Source: Malacoraja senta (lineage: Eukaryota). From it: 64,000 nt of DNA. Shown here in pieces: positions 1-12,180 of this stretch (positions are counted from its first letter, which is position 1; each line of letters starts with the position of its first letter). A model generated the notes under the pieces. The model searched no databases. It saw nothing but the letters and a program-made list of their open reading frames with translations, and was not told the origin of the DNA. The stretch is taken from NCBI GenBank assembly GCA_038087875.1, contig CM075992.1:8248001-8312000 (forward strand), given 5' to 3'. A program made the translations under genes and the position numbers.

Positions 1-182
1 GAGGAAGATGACTGACTTTGGTGCCTTCCCTCACAGTGGCTAACTTTGATTCTGCTGTGTGGGGATGTTTTATGTTGAACTCTATCGTGTGTTGTGTTCT
101 TTATTTTAATTGTATGGCTGTATGGTGACCACACATTTCACTGTGCCAACTGGCACATGTGACAATAAATGTATCTTGTATC

Positions 183-890
183 CACCACAGTGAGTCCACC
201 CAGCATCTCCTCACTGTGATGGAGGCAAAAGTCTTAGGTCTGCAGTCTCTTCCCTCCTCTTCTCCCTCTGCGCTGAGGCGATACCCCCCGGGCGATGTTT
301 CCCGCGGCTCAAACACCGCGGCCCGGGGTGGTCGAAGCTGCCGCCCACCAGTCCTGCAAACGCAGCCGCTGGCCCGCGGCCGAACCCCGGACTCAGGCCA
401 CCACCGCCAGAACACCGTCCCAGCCACTCTCACGTGAGTACCGTGCCGTCTTCAGCCTCGGGCTGGGCCGCCCCGACATGGGCGCCGAACCTCCCCCGGG
501 CCGGGCCGCCCCGACATGGGCGTCGCTTCTCCCTCGGGCCGGGCCGCCCTGACTTGGGCGCTCACGGGAGCACTGTTCCAGCCCTGAGCCGGATCACCCT
601 CACGGGAGCGAGCTTAGGGCGAGTCCTGACGGGCTCTGCCTCCGGAGCCTCGAGGTCGCCACCTCCATTAGGCCTCAGCGCAGACGGAGGCAGAGAAGGG
701 GAATACGACAAAAAGTCGCATTCCCCCGCAGGGAGAGACTGCAAACCCCGTTACAACCCCCCACCCCCCCAAAACACAAACTAAAAACCAAAAACTAGAC
801 TAACCAAAACGAAATAAACAACACAAAAAACACAAACAAACAGGACTGCCGATGAGCCGCTGCAGCCAGTGCCGCGCCGCCACTTCCGGA
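183..890 (-). repeat. Unclassified GC-rich repeat with an internal 3x ~39-bp tandem
   Basis: CpG-rich block. Unit gggccgccccgacatgggcg at 464, 503 and 541. The minus-strand start ccggaagtggcggcg resembles a LINE 5' end. Confidence 0.5.
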
Positions 891-893
891 GTA

Positions 894-1116
894 ATTCCCC
901 TTATTCTTAAACTGTGGCCCCTGGTTCTGGACTCCCCCAACATCGGGAACATGTTTCCCACCTCTAATGTGTCCAAACCCTTAATAATCTTATATGTTTC
1001 AATAAGATCCCCTCTCATCCGTCTAAACTCCAGTGTGTACAAGCCCTGCCGCTCCATTCTCTCAGCATATGACAGTCCCGCCATCCCGGGAATTAACCTT
1101 GTAAACCTACGCTGCA
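894..1116 (-). mobile_element. CR1 ORF2 3' fragment
   Basis: QRRFTRLIPGMAGLSYAER...[13 protein letters not shown]. Confidence 0.9.
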
Positions 1117-1237
1117 CCTACAGCACCAGAGACCCACCTACGATCCTGACTATGGGTGGTTTCTGTATTGAGTTTGCACGTCCTCCCTGATTTTTCTCTG
1201 GGTGTTCTGGTTTCCAAAGACGTACAGGTTTATAAGT

Positions 1238-1430
1238 ATAAGAAAGAACTGCAGATGCTGGAAAAATCAAAGGTAGACAAAAATGCTGGAGAAACTCAGC
1301 GGGTGAGGCAGCATTTATGGAGCGAAGGAATGGGTGATGTTTTGGGTCGAGACCGGAAACGTCACCTATTTCCTTTGCTCCATTGAGCTGCCTCACCCGC
1401 TGAGTTTCTCCAGCACTTTTGTCTACCTTC
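1238..1430. mobile_element. Penelope-derived inverted-dimer element inserted in a V-SINE
   Basis: Inverted terminal-repeat halves. The host SINE resumes after a caggtt duplication. Confidence 0.75.
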
Positions 1431-2065
1431 AGGTTGATGAGTTAATCAGCTTCAGTAATATTGTAAATTGTCCCCAGTGTGTAGGATAGTGGAGGTGTAC
1501 GGGGCGATTGCTGGTCGGCATGGACTCGGTGGCCGAAGGGCCTGTTTCCAAGCTGTATCTATAAAGTCTAAAGTAAAGAATCAATCTTTCAATCATTTGA
1601 GCACTGGAGCTGGTTGCTGTTCAACTCTGGGGTCACATTTCCAAACCAACATCCATGTGTTTCCCTACTTAACCCTCATTCATTTACGTATTAACACTGA
1701 AGAAGACTGTGTTCCCAATCAAACACTTCAGGGATGCCAAGGAAATCCAAAAATCTGAACTCTGATGAATTTGAGTTTGAAGAAGGGTCCCGATTCAAAA
1801 TGTCACCCATCCATGCTTTCCAGAGATGCTGCCTGACACTCTGAATTACTCCGGAACTTTGTGTTCTTTTGTATATTAACCAGCCGTTCCTCGTTTCTAC
1901 CTTGTGTACATGGTGTGTGAGAGGTTGCTACCCTGTTTGGATCTCTGAAGGGGGCTGCTTCTTAACTTTTGGCTGCATTTCAGGGTTTTTTTTGTAAACC
2001 AGCATCTGCAGTTCCTTGTATCCCCATTGAAGTCATGGTGCTTACCTTTCTCCATTTAGTATAAG

Positions 2066-2291
2066 TAGGCAGGAACTGCAGATGCTGGTTTACACCGAAG
2101 GTGGACACAAAATGCTGGAGTAACTCAGCGGTTCAGCCAGATCCATGGATAGAAGGAATTGGTGACGTTTTGGGTCGCGACCTTTCTTCAGACCAGGTCT
2201 GAAGAAGGGCCTCGACCCGAAACTTCATCCATTCCTTCTATCCATGTTGCTGCCTGTGCCAATGCATTACTCCAGCATTTTGTCTCTATCT
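2066..2291. mobile_element. Penelope-derived short inverted-dimer element
   Basis: Two inverted copies of the Penelope terminal repeat joined at the hammerhead-like motif. TSD tccatttagtataa at 2052-2065 and 2292-2305. Confidence 0.8.
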
Positions 2292-2564
2292 TCCATTTAG
2301 TATAACATTACCATGTGAAAGTGGACTACTCTCCTTTAATGATAGGGCACATATTCAGTGGTTTTGCCACAATCCCTGTGATAACTTGCCAGCAAGTTGA
2401 ATAGCTTAGCACACAAGTTTCAAATTGCAAAACTCCCTAATTTGCTGAAAGATTACTAGCAGAATCTGTTAGGCCCAGCTCAGTTTCACATCCCCATTCA
2501 TTTTAGCAGCGGTTTTTAACTGTAAAATTGATAGGTTTTATTGTAAAATTATACTAAACAAAAT

Positions 2565-2785
2565 TATTTGTGGAATTCCCTGCCAGTGGGCAGTGGAGGC
2601 CAAATCACTTGATGGATTTAAGAGAGAGTTAGATAGAGCTCTAGGGGCTGGTGGAATCAAGGGATATGGGGAGAAGGCAGGCACGGGTTATTGATTGGGG
2701 ACGATCAGCATGATCACAATGAATGGCGGTGCTGGCTCGAAGGGCCGAATGGCCTCCTCCTGCACCTATTTTCTAAGATTCTATG
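2565..2785 (+). mobile_element. CR1 3' end
   Basis: LWNSLP...FKRELDRAL plus the 3' UTR gaagggccgaatggcctcctcctgcacc. Confidence 0.85.
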
Positions 2786-3109
2786 TAAAATTATTTTTAA
2801 TTATTTGTGCTTGAAGTAATGATTTTCACTTAAAAAAAAAAAAAAAAGTTGTTCATGTCTTTAAATAATTTAATTTGTGTCGAAATCTGGAGCAAAAATA
2901 AAAGCTACTGGAGGAAGTCAGTGGACTGAGCAGCATCTGTGGAGGCAAAGGGATGGTTGATATTTCGGATGGAGACACTGCATCAGGACTCGGTGCGCAG
3001 AGGGGAGATATGGGGAGATGGAAGGAGAATGGGGTTAGGAGGGAGAGAGAGATCAGCCATGATTGAATGGTGCCTGATGCTTGAAAGATTCTACATCAAG
3101 GCTGAGAGG

Positions 3110-3302
3110 TTAGGAAACCTGAACGGAAACCTCTGGAGATTTTGCGCCCCACCCAAGGTTTCCGTGCGGTTCCCGGAGGTTTTTGTCAGTCTCCCTACCT
3201 GCTTCCACTACCTGCAACCTCCAGGAACCGCACGGAAACCTTGGGTGGGGCGCAAAGTTTCCAGAGGTTTCCGTTCAGGTTTACTAAGTGGGACAGGGGC
3301 AA
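3110..3302. mobile_element. Palindromic MITE with a related TIR (aagtgggacagggg), left end truncated
   Basis: About 72-bp inverted arms at 3110-3182 and 3216-3287. Confidence 0.75.
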
Positions 3303-4036
3303 TTTCTAAAGAGGTGAGAGGTATGAAGAGTTTGGAGCTGGCGGGTTATAGGTGGAGATGTGACGCCCAGATTGTCTCATGCTCCATTTCATAAGACATC
3401 GGAGCAGAATTAGGCTATCCGGATCAAGTCTGCTCCCTCCTTCGATCATGACTGATCTATTTTTCCCCCTCAGCCCCATTCTCTTGTCCTCTCCCCACAA
3501 CCTTTGTCGCCCTCACTATTCAAGAACCCAGCAATCTCTGCTTTTAAAATACCTTTCATCCATCTCAAAGGGCGGATGAACTCCTAGCGAGCCAACGGAC
3601 ATCCACACTTCAGTAGAAGTTGCGATCACTGTCGTACATAACATTGTAAGATATGCACGTCGGAAACCAGCACCTCTGCGTCGCTAATGTTTTCAATGAT
3701 TTAATAATAATTTAATAATAATTCATCCATCTGATGGCCCCTGATGCCTGAAAGATCAATTGTCCCTCAGCTTCCACAGGTTCTGTTTGATCTGCTAAGT
3801 TCCTCCAGCAGTTTGCTTTGAATTCACAATTTTTATTACTTTTTAAATCTTTTTTAAATCGTTATTAATTTATTTGATTTTTAATAGTTTTTGAATGGCT
3901 TTGAATGTCAGGTACATTTAGAAATATTGCCTGTTCGTTTCCCTCAGCAGGTTCATGGGCTGGGCTTGCTCAGCCTCACGATTACGTTGTGAGATGCATC
4001 ATGCAGGGCCCAGAAGACAAAATTCAGCTCATTTAT

Positions 4037-4320
4037 TTTTAGAGATACAGTATGGAAACAGGCCCTTCGGCCCACCGACTCCATGCCAACCAGCAATCAG
4101 CTGTGCACACCAATTCTATGTTATCCCATTTTCCCATCCACTCCCTACAACACGAGAGGCAATTTACACAGACCAATTAACCTGCAAATCCGCACGTCTT
4201 TGGAATGTGGAAACTGGAGCACTCACGCAGTCACAGGGAGAACAGGCAAACACCACACAGATAGCACCCAAGGTCAGGATCAAACTGGCATCTCTGGCGC
4301 TGTGAGGCGGCAGCTCTACC
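4037..4320 (-). mobile_element. V-SINE, diverged
   Basis: Reverse-complement homolog. Confidence 0.75.
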
Positions 4321-5055
4321 ATATGTACCATCCTATTCTTCTCTGCTGATAAATTTGTTTCTATTGTTCTCTACTGAGGAGTGGAAGGACAAGAGTGAGA
4401 TAAATGCAAATATCTGAGCAATGAATGTGGGCAGCGATTCACATTTGATGAAACCCAGGCCAAAATCAATTTACAACATGCCTTCTGAACATACGAAACA
4501 AGACGTTAGGCCAGATCTTGTCTCTCGGTCATCTCTCTTAGCTGGAGTACCAGCTGTTGACTTTAACATTAAAGCAAACAGCCCACATTTCTGCATGGGA
4601 TAAATTCACCTTGTCCAGATACTAGATAGCTGGCGTCCTGAAAAGTCAGAGTCCTCCATTATTTGTCTTTTCTGATTCACTATCTCGATTGTGCCCAGAT
4701 CCCAATGCCACTGCCCAGTGACCACCTGGGTTTTCTCCCGTTTCCTCCCACGTTCCAAAGACGTACAGGTCTGTAGGTTAATTTGGCTTCGGTAAAAATT
4801 GTAAATTGACCCTAGTGCATAGGATAGTGCTCATGTCCGGGTGATCACTGGTCGGCGTGGACCCGGTGGACCGAAGGGCCTGTTTCCGCGCTGCATCTCT
4901 AAACTAAACTAATCTAAATCCCATTTTTGCTCACACCGCTTCTGCCTTCTCTACCCCATCTTCCGTATTCCTTCCCCTGCCCCTCCGCTCTTCTTACAGA
5001 CCGAATCCACAAACTCCTTCGCTCATTCACTGATGGAACTGCTCCTCAGACGTAC

Positions 5056-5199
5056 CTCGGTCAGTAGCACCCCCTGAGGCTCCAGATCCAAGTGGATTTC
5101 ATGCCGCTGATTGTCCAGGAAATCTTCCAGCTTGAGATACTTTAATGCACAGAGTGAACGCCAATCTCGCCAGTAAACACTGATCTCCAATTCCCGAGT
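5056..5199 (-). CDS. pkn1: PKN1-like exon 9 (C2-like domain); gene continues beyond the left edge
   Basis: tgcag|[48 protein letters not shown]|gtacgt; 144 nt, phase 0 to 0. Confidence 0.95.
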
Positions 5200-5307
5200 C
5201 TGCAATGTAAAAGGTTATTACAATTAATACCTCCAGTTATCAATAGAGTCCAACCCGTTTCCACAGAAAATACTGACGTCAAGAAAATCAAAAAGACTTC
5301 TCACTTA

Positions 5308-5622
5308 GGGCAGCACAATAGCGCAGCGGTAGAGTTGCTGCCTTACAGCGCTTGCAGCACCAGAGACCTGGGTTCGAACCCGACTACTGTCTGTACGGAG
5401 TTTGTACGTTCTCCACGTGACCTGCGTGGGTTTTCTCCGAGATCTTCGATTTCCTCCCTCATTCCAAAGACGTACAGGTTTGTAGGTTAATTGGCTTGGT
5501 ATAAGTGTAAAATTGTCCTTTGTGTGTGTAGGGTAGTGATAATGTGTGGGGATCGCTGGTCGGCGCGGATTCAGTGGGCTGAAGGGCCTGTTTCCGCGCT
5601 GTATCTCTAAACAAAACTAAAC
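5308..5622 (+). mobile_element. V-SINE (HE1-like tRNA-derived SINE)
   Basis: A/B boxes (tagcgcagcgg; ggttcgaaccc), V-domain ggagtttgtacgttctcc..gcgtgggttttctcc, LINE-derived tail gaagggcctgtttcc. Confidence 0.88.
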
Positions 5623-7741
5623 AGCATAATAGGTTTTCCAAACAAAAGTATAGACTCCTCAAGCAGAAGAAAGGTTACACTGAAGGGTAAGGTTAGGTGT
5701 AATTCTTGGATGTGGGTTACTAAGAAGGTGGGGCTTGGAAACATACTGACCATAAGCACCAGCCTCTAATATTCTTATTATCTATTAGAATGATTGTGAA
5801 GTATGATGCATGTATATAGTCTCCATTTTGTAGGTATAATTCTATAAAACTGTGATTTATATTGGGCACCCTTTTAAATATATAGCCTGCACCGAAAACA
5901 CAATGATCGCAAGGCCTGACGGGGTGCTTGACCAAGAGACAAGAAACTGCAGATGCTGGAATCTTGAATAAAAAACAAACTGCTGGAGGAATTCAGCAGG
6001 TCGGGCAGCATTTGTGGAAGGAATAGACAGACCCTTGTTCAGACTGAGGGAGGAGGGGAGAGAAAGCTGGAAAAGAAACATGGGGTTTTGGGCAAAGCCT
6101 GGCAATTGATATAGGTGATGGGGGTGATAGCGACAAAGGATAGAGGTGGAATGGAGACAAAAGGATGTCAGCTAAGGAAAGAGGAAGAGGTGTGAAATCT
6201 AAACCTAGAGGGAGGGATATGGGTGGTAGTTCAATAGTTTAGTACAGGCTGTTTAAATATAGCAGTGAAGATAGAAACACACATGGTCTGTGAGAACTTT
6301 GAGAGTTGGGAGAAAAGGGTAAAAAGGGACTAAAGTGAGAGTCTCACGTCACAAGATGGAGGCAATGGGGAGAACAAAGGCTTACAAAGAAGGCGTTAAA
6401 AACACCACGGGACACAAGAATTGAGACACATGAGCAAAGTCAAGTCGTTTATTTTCATAGGAACAAGTGCAAAGTATATAAATCAGTTGGAAAGTTGAGC
6501 AGAGAAACGGCAGATGGAATTTACCAGATCTCTGTATTATTCCACATATCGTAGAGGCAACAGGTAAAACCTGAACACAGAAGCTAAGGGGAAACACTAA
6601 AGGGGAACTGCACATTCCCAGTGATGCTTCTTCTGGCAATGTTCCAGTAAATCTCCTCTACATTGCCTTGTGTGTTATCAAGTTCCTGTAACTGCACACT
6701 GAACTCTAGTTGTGACCTAATTATTCCCTGGCCAATAAAGTTAAGTGTCTCTTCCTAACCAGCTTACTTACCTTTCCTGTTACTTTTAAGGGATTTGTGG
6801 GCATTACTCCAAGATTTCTGTTCACATACTCTTCTCGATATTTAAAAATTCTTCATGTATTCCTTTTTTGACTTTACTCTCTATATTAGTATCTCTGCAA
6901 TCAGTTACACAGAAATCTTCCAAGTTTCATCATAGTCATAGGGTTATACAATGTGGAAACAGGCCCTTCGGCCCAACTTGCCCATGATGACCAACTTGAC
7001 CCATCTACACGTCCCACCTGCCTGCGTTTGGCCCATATTCCTCTAAATCTGCCTATCTATCCAAAAATATACCCCTGTGAAACTTGATCAATTAATGTGG
7101 TTATACTAAAAATTACTGGGACTTCACCTTCAGCCAAGGCTAATTGTTTGGAGTCACAGCGCCATAGGGCACAGATAGAGCCACACAGCACAGAAACAGG
7201 CCCTACAGACAACTATGTCCATGCCCCCCATTGTATCTACCGGCACTAATGCCATTCACCTGCATTATGTCCATGGCCTCCTATGCCTTGGTGATTTTAA
7301 GTGCTTGTCTAGCTCCTTAAATGTTGTGAGAAGTTCTACCTCCCCCATCTCTTCCAGGAGCACATTCCAGATTTCAACCCACACTAGAGATTTGTATTAT
7401 CGAAGGAGATTTCTATTATCGACCACAATTATCATCCCCCCCCCCCCCCCCGCCCTGCAATATTACATATTTCTATCAGATCCTCCCTCAGCCTTCTCCA
7501 TTCCTGGGGAAACAAACCCCTCGTAGTCTCTCCTTATACAGACGAACTGCATGGTATGAGGTGTGGATTCTGGAAAAAACAAACTGCACCACAACTGTAC
7601 GAAGCGAGGGGTAATTTTATTCCACAAGTTACATTTTTGAGTTGTGATTTGTGAATTCCATAACGACGAATTTCTGTAACCAGAATGTCTTTAACACAGA
7701 GGTCGCCTGTGACCACAATGCACCATTCCATGCAACACCCA

Positions 7742-8020
7742 GGCAGCACAGTGGCGTAGCGGTAGCGCTACTGCCTTACAGTGCCAGAGACCCTGACTAC
7801 GCGTGCTTGTCTGCAGGGAGTTTGTTTGTACGTTTTCCCCGTGACCTGCATGCGTTTTCTCCCACACTCAAAAGACGTACAGATTTGTAGGTTAATTGGC
7901 TTGGTATAAATGTAAATTGTGCCCAGGGTGTGTAGGATAGCGTTAGTGTGCGGGGATCGCTGGTCGGTGTGGACTTGATAGGCCGAAGGGCCTGTTACTG
8001 CACTGTATCTCTAAACTAAA
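7742..8020 (+). mobile_element. V-SINE
   Basis: Same structure as 5308-5622. Confidence 0.85.
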
Positions 8021-8128
8021 CCCTGTGAATCCTGTCAGCACCCTGTCCAATGCAATCATATCTTGATCTTTACTCAGTAATTAACAGTAATCACATCCAT
8101 TCCACTCACGTGTGCCCATTGTACTCAC

Positions 8129-8238
8129 ACGTTCTAACTCCACTGTGAAGTTATGATTCCACGATTGGTCACCTATCGCTTTCCAAGCTGTCTGCCCAAC
8201 AACTGTGTTGTCAAGCTTCAGGACGGCACTCACTTCAT
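8129..8238 (-). CDS. pkn1: PKN1-like exon 8 (C2-like domain)
   Basis: tccag|(N)[36 protein letters not shown]|gtgagt; 110 nt, phase 1 to 0. Confidence 0.95.
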
Positions 8239-8287
8239 CTGGAGGGAAAAAACAATTGCAAGTATGAGAAGTATTATAATCATAACA

Positions 8288-8470
8288 TAGACACAAAAAC
8301 CTGGAGTAACTCAGCGGGTCTGGAAAAAAGGAATAGGTGACGAGAAGAAGGGTCTCGACGCGAAACGTCACCTATTCCTTTTCTCCAGAGATGCTGTCTG
8401 ACCCGCTGAGTTACTCCAGCTTTTTGTGTCTATCTTCGGTTTAAACCAGCATCCGCAGTTCCTTCCTACA
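8288..8470. mobile_element. Penelope-derived inverted-dimer element
   Basis: gacacaaaaacctggagtaactcagcgggtc ... gacccgctgagttactccagctttttgtgtc inverted arms. Confidence 0.75.
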
Positions 8471-8485
8471 CATGGAGCAAACATA

Positions 8486-10039
8486 CAGAGGCTTGCAAAA
8501 GTATTCATACCCCTTGAACTTTTCCACATTTTGTCACGTTACAACCACAAATGTAAATGTATTTTATTGGGATTTTATGTGATAGACCAACACAAAGTGG
8601 CGCATAATTGTGAAGTGGAAGGAAAATGATACATGGTTTTCAAATTTTTTTACAAATAAAAAACTGAAAAGTGTCGCGTGCAAATGTATTCAGCCCCCTT
8701 TACTCTGATACCCCTAAATAAAATCCAGTGCAACCAATTGCCTTCAGAAGTCACCTAATTAGTAAATAGAGTCCACTTGTGTGTAATCTAATCTCAGTAT
8801 AAATACAGCTGTTCTGTGAAGACCTCAGAGGTTTGTTAGAGAACATTAGTGAACAAACAGCATCATGAAGCCCAAGGAACACACCAGACAGGTCAGGGAT
8901 AAAGTTGTGGAGAAGTTTAAAGCAGGGTTAGGTTATAAACAAATATCCCAAGCTTTGAACATCTCACGGAGCACTGTTCAATCCATCATCCGAAAATGGA
9001 AAGAGTATTGCACAACTGCAAACCTACCAAGACATGGCCGTCCACCTAAACTGACAAGGAGAGCATTGATCAGAGAAGCAGCCAAGAGGCCCATGGTAAC
9101 TCTGGAGGTGCTGCAGAGATCCACAGCTCAGGTGGGAGAATCTGTCCATAGGACAACTATTAGTCATGCACTCCACAAATCAGGCCTTTATGGAAGAGTG
9201 GCAAGAAGAAAGGCATTGTTGAAAAAAAGCCATAAGAAGTCCCGTTTGCAGTTTGCCACAAGCCATGTGGGGGACACAGCAAACATGTGGAGGAAGGTGC
9301 TCTGGTCAGATGAGACCAAAATTGAAGTTTTGGCTTAAATGCAAAACGCTATGTGTGGCGGAAACCTAACACTGCACATCACCCTGATCACACCATCCCC
9401 ACTGTGAAACATGGTGGTGGCAGCATCATGCTGTGGGAATGCTTTTCTTCAGCAGGGACAGGGAAGCTGGTCAGAGTTGATGGGAAGATGGATGGAGCCA
9501 AATACAGGGCAATCTTGGAAGAAAACCTGTTAGAGTCTGCAAAAGACTTGAGACTGGGGCGGAGGTTCACCTTCCAGCAGGACAACGACCCTAACCATAC
9601 AGCCAGAGCTACAATGGAATGGTTTAGATCAAAGCATATTCTGGCAAGACTTGAAAATTGCTGTTCACAGACGCTCTCCATCCAATCTGACTGAGCTTGA
9701 GCTATTTTGCAAAGAAAAATGGGCAAAAATTTCAGTCTCTAGGTGTGCAAAGCTGGTAGAGACATACCCCAAAAGACTTGCAGCTGTAATTGCAGCGAAA
9801 GGTGGTTCTACAAAGTATTGACTCAGGGGGGCTGAATACCTTTGCACGTGACACTTTTCAGTTTTTTATTTGTAAAAAAATTTGAAAACCATGTATCATT
9901 TTCCTTCCACTTCACAATTATGCGCCACTTTGTGTTGGTCTATCACATAAAATCCCAATAAAATACATTTACGTTTGTGGTTGTAACGTGACAAAATGTG
10001 GAAAAGTTCAAGGGGTATGAATACTTTTGCAAGCCACTG
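8486..10039 (+). mobile_element. Full-length Tc1-family DNA transposon (Passport-like), defective
   Basis: TA on both sides (8484-85, 10040-41). About 215-bp near-perfect inverted repeats beginning CAG(A/T)GGCTTGCAAAAGTATTCATACCCC. Internal transposase. Confidence 0.97.
8865..9821 (+). pseudogene. Tc1 transposase pseudogene
   Basis: MKPKEH...GRPPKL...WSDETKIE, frameshift near 9330, TVKHGGGSIMLW...FQQDNDP, deletion near 9640 removing WPSQSPDLNPIE, ends KGGSTKY-stop. Confidence 0.95.
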
Positions 10040-11094
10040 TAATCCTGCACAAAAGGACACAAAGTCTTGGAGTAATTCAGTGGGTCAGGCAGCGTCTCTG
10101 GAGAACATGGATAGGTTCGATTTTGGTCGGGACCCTTCTTCAGATTAGCACTTCCAGCACTTTGTGTCCTTTTATGTAAACCAACACCTACAGTTCCGTG
10201 ATTCTACGTCAATCCTGCTCAGTCCTGGGATGGCATTTCCCTCCCTCACATCTCTTGGAATCCCTCAAACATGTCAGCTGTGTTTGTTGTGCATATTACA
10301 ATTAAACTTAACAATATCCTTGCCTGCACTTGCCCATTCCACACTATTCAGGATGGATTAAATACGTTGTGAGGTGTACACATTTTAATTAATCCCAAAT
10401 GTGCTCCATCCAAGTAAAATGATACCATCCCAGCAACTTCACTGCTGTATTACACCATGGCCCTGATTAACACTTTTAAAGTAACAAGAAAGCTTCCAAA
10501 CAATCATTATAAATGTATCTATAGCATTAAAATAATTACAGTGATTCACAAAATTAAAACATTTTAATATATCAAACGATACATTAATAAGGTGGAATAT
10601 TTCTTGAATAAAACTATTTAAGAGCAGTTAAGGTGGATAATGATGTATAGTATATAACTTTCTGTGCCAGAAGGAGGAAAAAAAGTAAGACTATTCCAGT
10701 CTGCGTGATATTGCGTGTTCCATTACTCCTGACGTTAGCAATCAAACCAAACAAAAATAAGGCCATTCTGGGACTGCCACGGGAACAGAAGCTGTAATTT
10801 ACCTTATACTGAAAATATAAAGAAAACTGTATGATTACTGCAAAAAAATCAAGAACAATTTCACTATTACGTTACAAATGTGGGTCAAATTATTTTTTGT
10901 TTCTTTGACCTGAAATGTTATCTTGGTTTCTCATTCCACTGGTGAAGCCTGACCCATCGAGTGTTTCCAGCACTTTATAGGTTTTATTTAACAAGGGCAG
11001 CTTGCTTGTCTATTGTACATGGATTTAGCTAATGTTGCATTTTAGTTCAATTGAATATCTAAAAGGTACAGGAATATGTTGAAATTCACTCAAC

Positions 11095-11295
11095 TGGACA
11101 AATCTTCGGTTTTCATGAAGTTACGACCGCTGCCACTCCCGCTCCTTCCATACAAGCCCCGGCTGGTCCTGCTCATGAAAGAGTTCCTACTGTCATTGGG
11201 GCTGTACGCAGGCAGAGGAGTACATGACCCTCGAGAGCGCCCTGGGACCGACTCCAATAGACCCGTGCAGCCCACAACGCGGACCTCCAACGTGC
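11095..11295 (-). CDS. pkn1: PKN1-like exon 7 (start of C2-like domain)
   Basis: ttcag|(G)TLEVRVVGCTGLLESVPGRSRGSCTPLPAYSPNDSRNSFMSRTSRGLYGRSGSGSGRNFMKTEDLS A|gttgag; 201 nt, phase 1 to 1. The donor is weak. Confidence 0.92.
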
Positions 11296-11962
11296 CTGAA
11301 ACACACAAACAGTAAACATCAAAGTGCCATGTGTTGCTCTATCTATTCACCCATCTCGATTCAAAATGGACCAAGCTTTATTATTTATTTACCCAATTCA
11401 CTCCTTTCGTTGAACTGTGAATACCACCGACAATTAGTCCACTTACAATTGCATCAGCATTTTGCGCAGACCTCTACAGGGATACACAGCTGAATGTGCC
11501 TTCTGCAGCTTTGTAAAGCCGCCTTTGGCATACGCTGTGCATTTCTGGTTGCCCCATTAAGAAGATAGAACAGCACTGCACAAAGTCCATGCAGGTAGCA
11601 TTCACTGCCCAACCCATATCAATCATCTTTATCACTTCACCAAACTAAAATCTTCCTCACATCCTCAAAAAACTTTCAGATTCACCACGAATATTATGCA
11701 ACTTAGTCCATGGTCAAGTCTACCAAGATCGAATCTTTGATAACTTTTGTCTGTGGCTTCTCCAACCATTTGAACAGTGTAAAAGCCCTCTAACGCCCTC
11801 CTCATTCTGTTCAATTTCAGAGCTCTTTCAGTGGTTTAACTTATTCCAGTGCCTTGCCGAAGATACTTATTATTGGATGACGGAATGGAGGTGAGGTAAG
11901 TTGAAGTTTCCCCATTGGTGATTAATGTAGATTAAACCCACTCCAGTGGGAAATCTGTTGAA

Positions 11963-12180
11963 GTTTAGTTTATTGTCATGTGAAGTGAAAGTGAGGTACA
12001 GTGAAAAGCTTTTGTTGCCTGCTAACCACGTAAAAGGTCTTTCCGCTTATAAGGGAAGGGAATAACGTTTAGTGCAAGGTAAAGCTAGTAGGGTCCGATC
12101 AAAGGTGGTCCGAGGGTTCCCAATGAGGTAGATAGTAGTTCAGGACTGCTCTCTGGTTGGGATAAGATGGTTCGGTTGCC
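11963..12180 (-). mobile_element. Rex1-like 3' UTR fragment
   Basis: Homologous to the 23995-24412 tail. Confidence 0.7.

Noticed and set aside
1..5055. pkn1 exon 10 (expected VTFFNP...KIFSKQQG-like)
   Set aside because: No matching translation seen in this interval. Probably outside the window.
5308..5385. tRNA-like A/B boxes here and in other copies
   Set aside because: These are V-SINE heads followed by the V-domain and LINE tail, with no complete cloverleaf.
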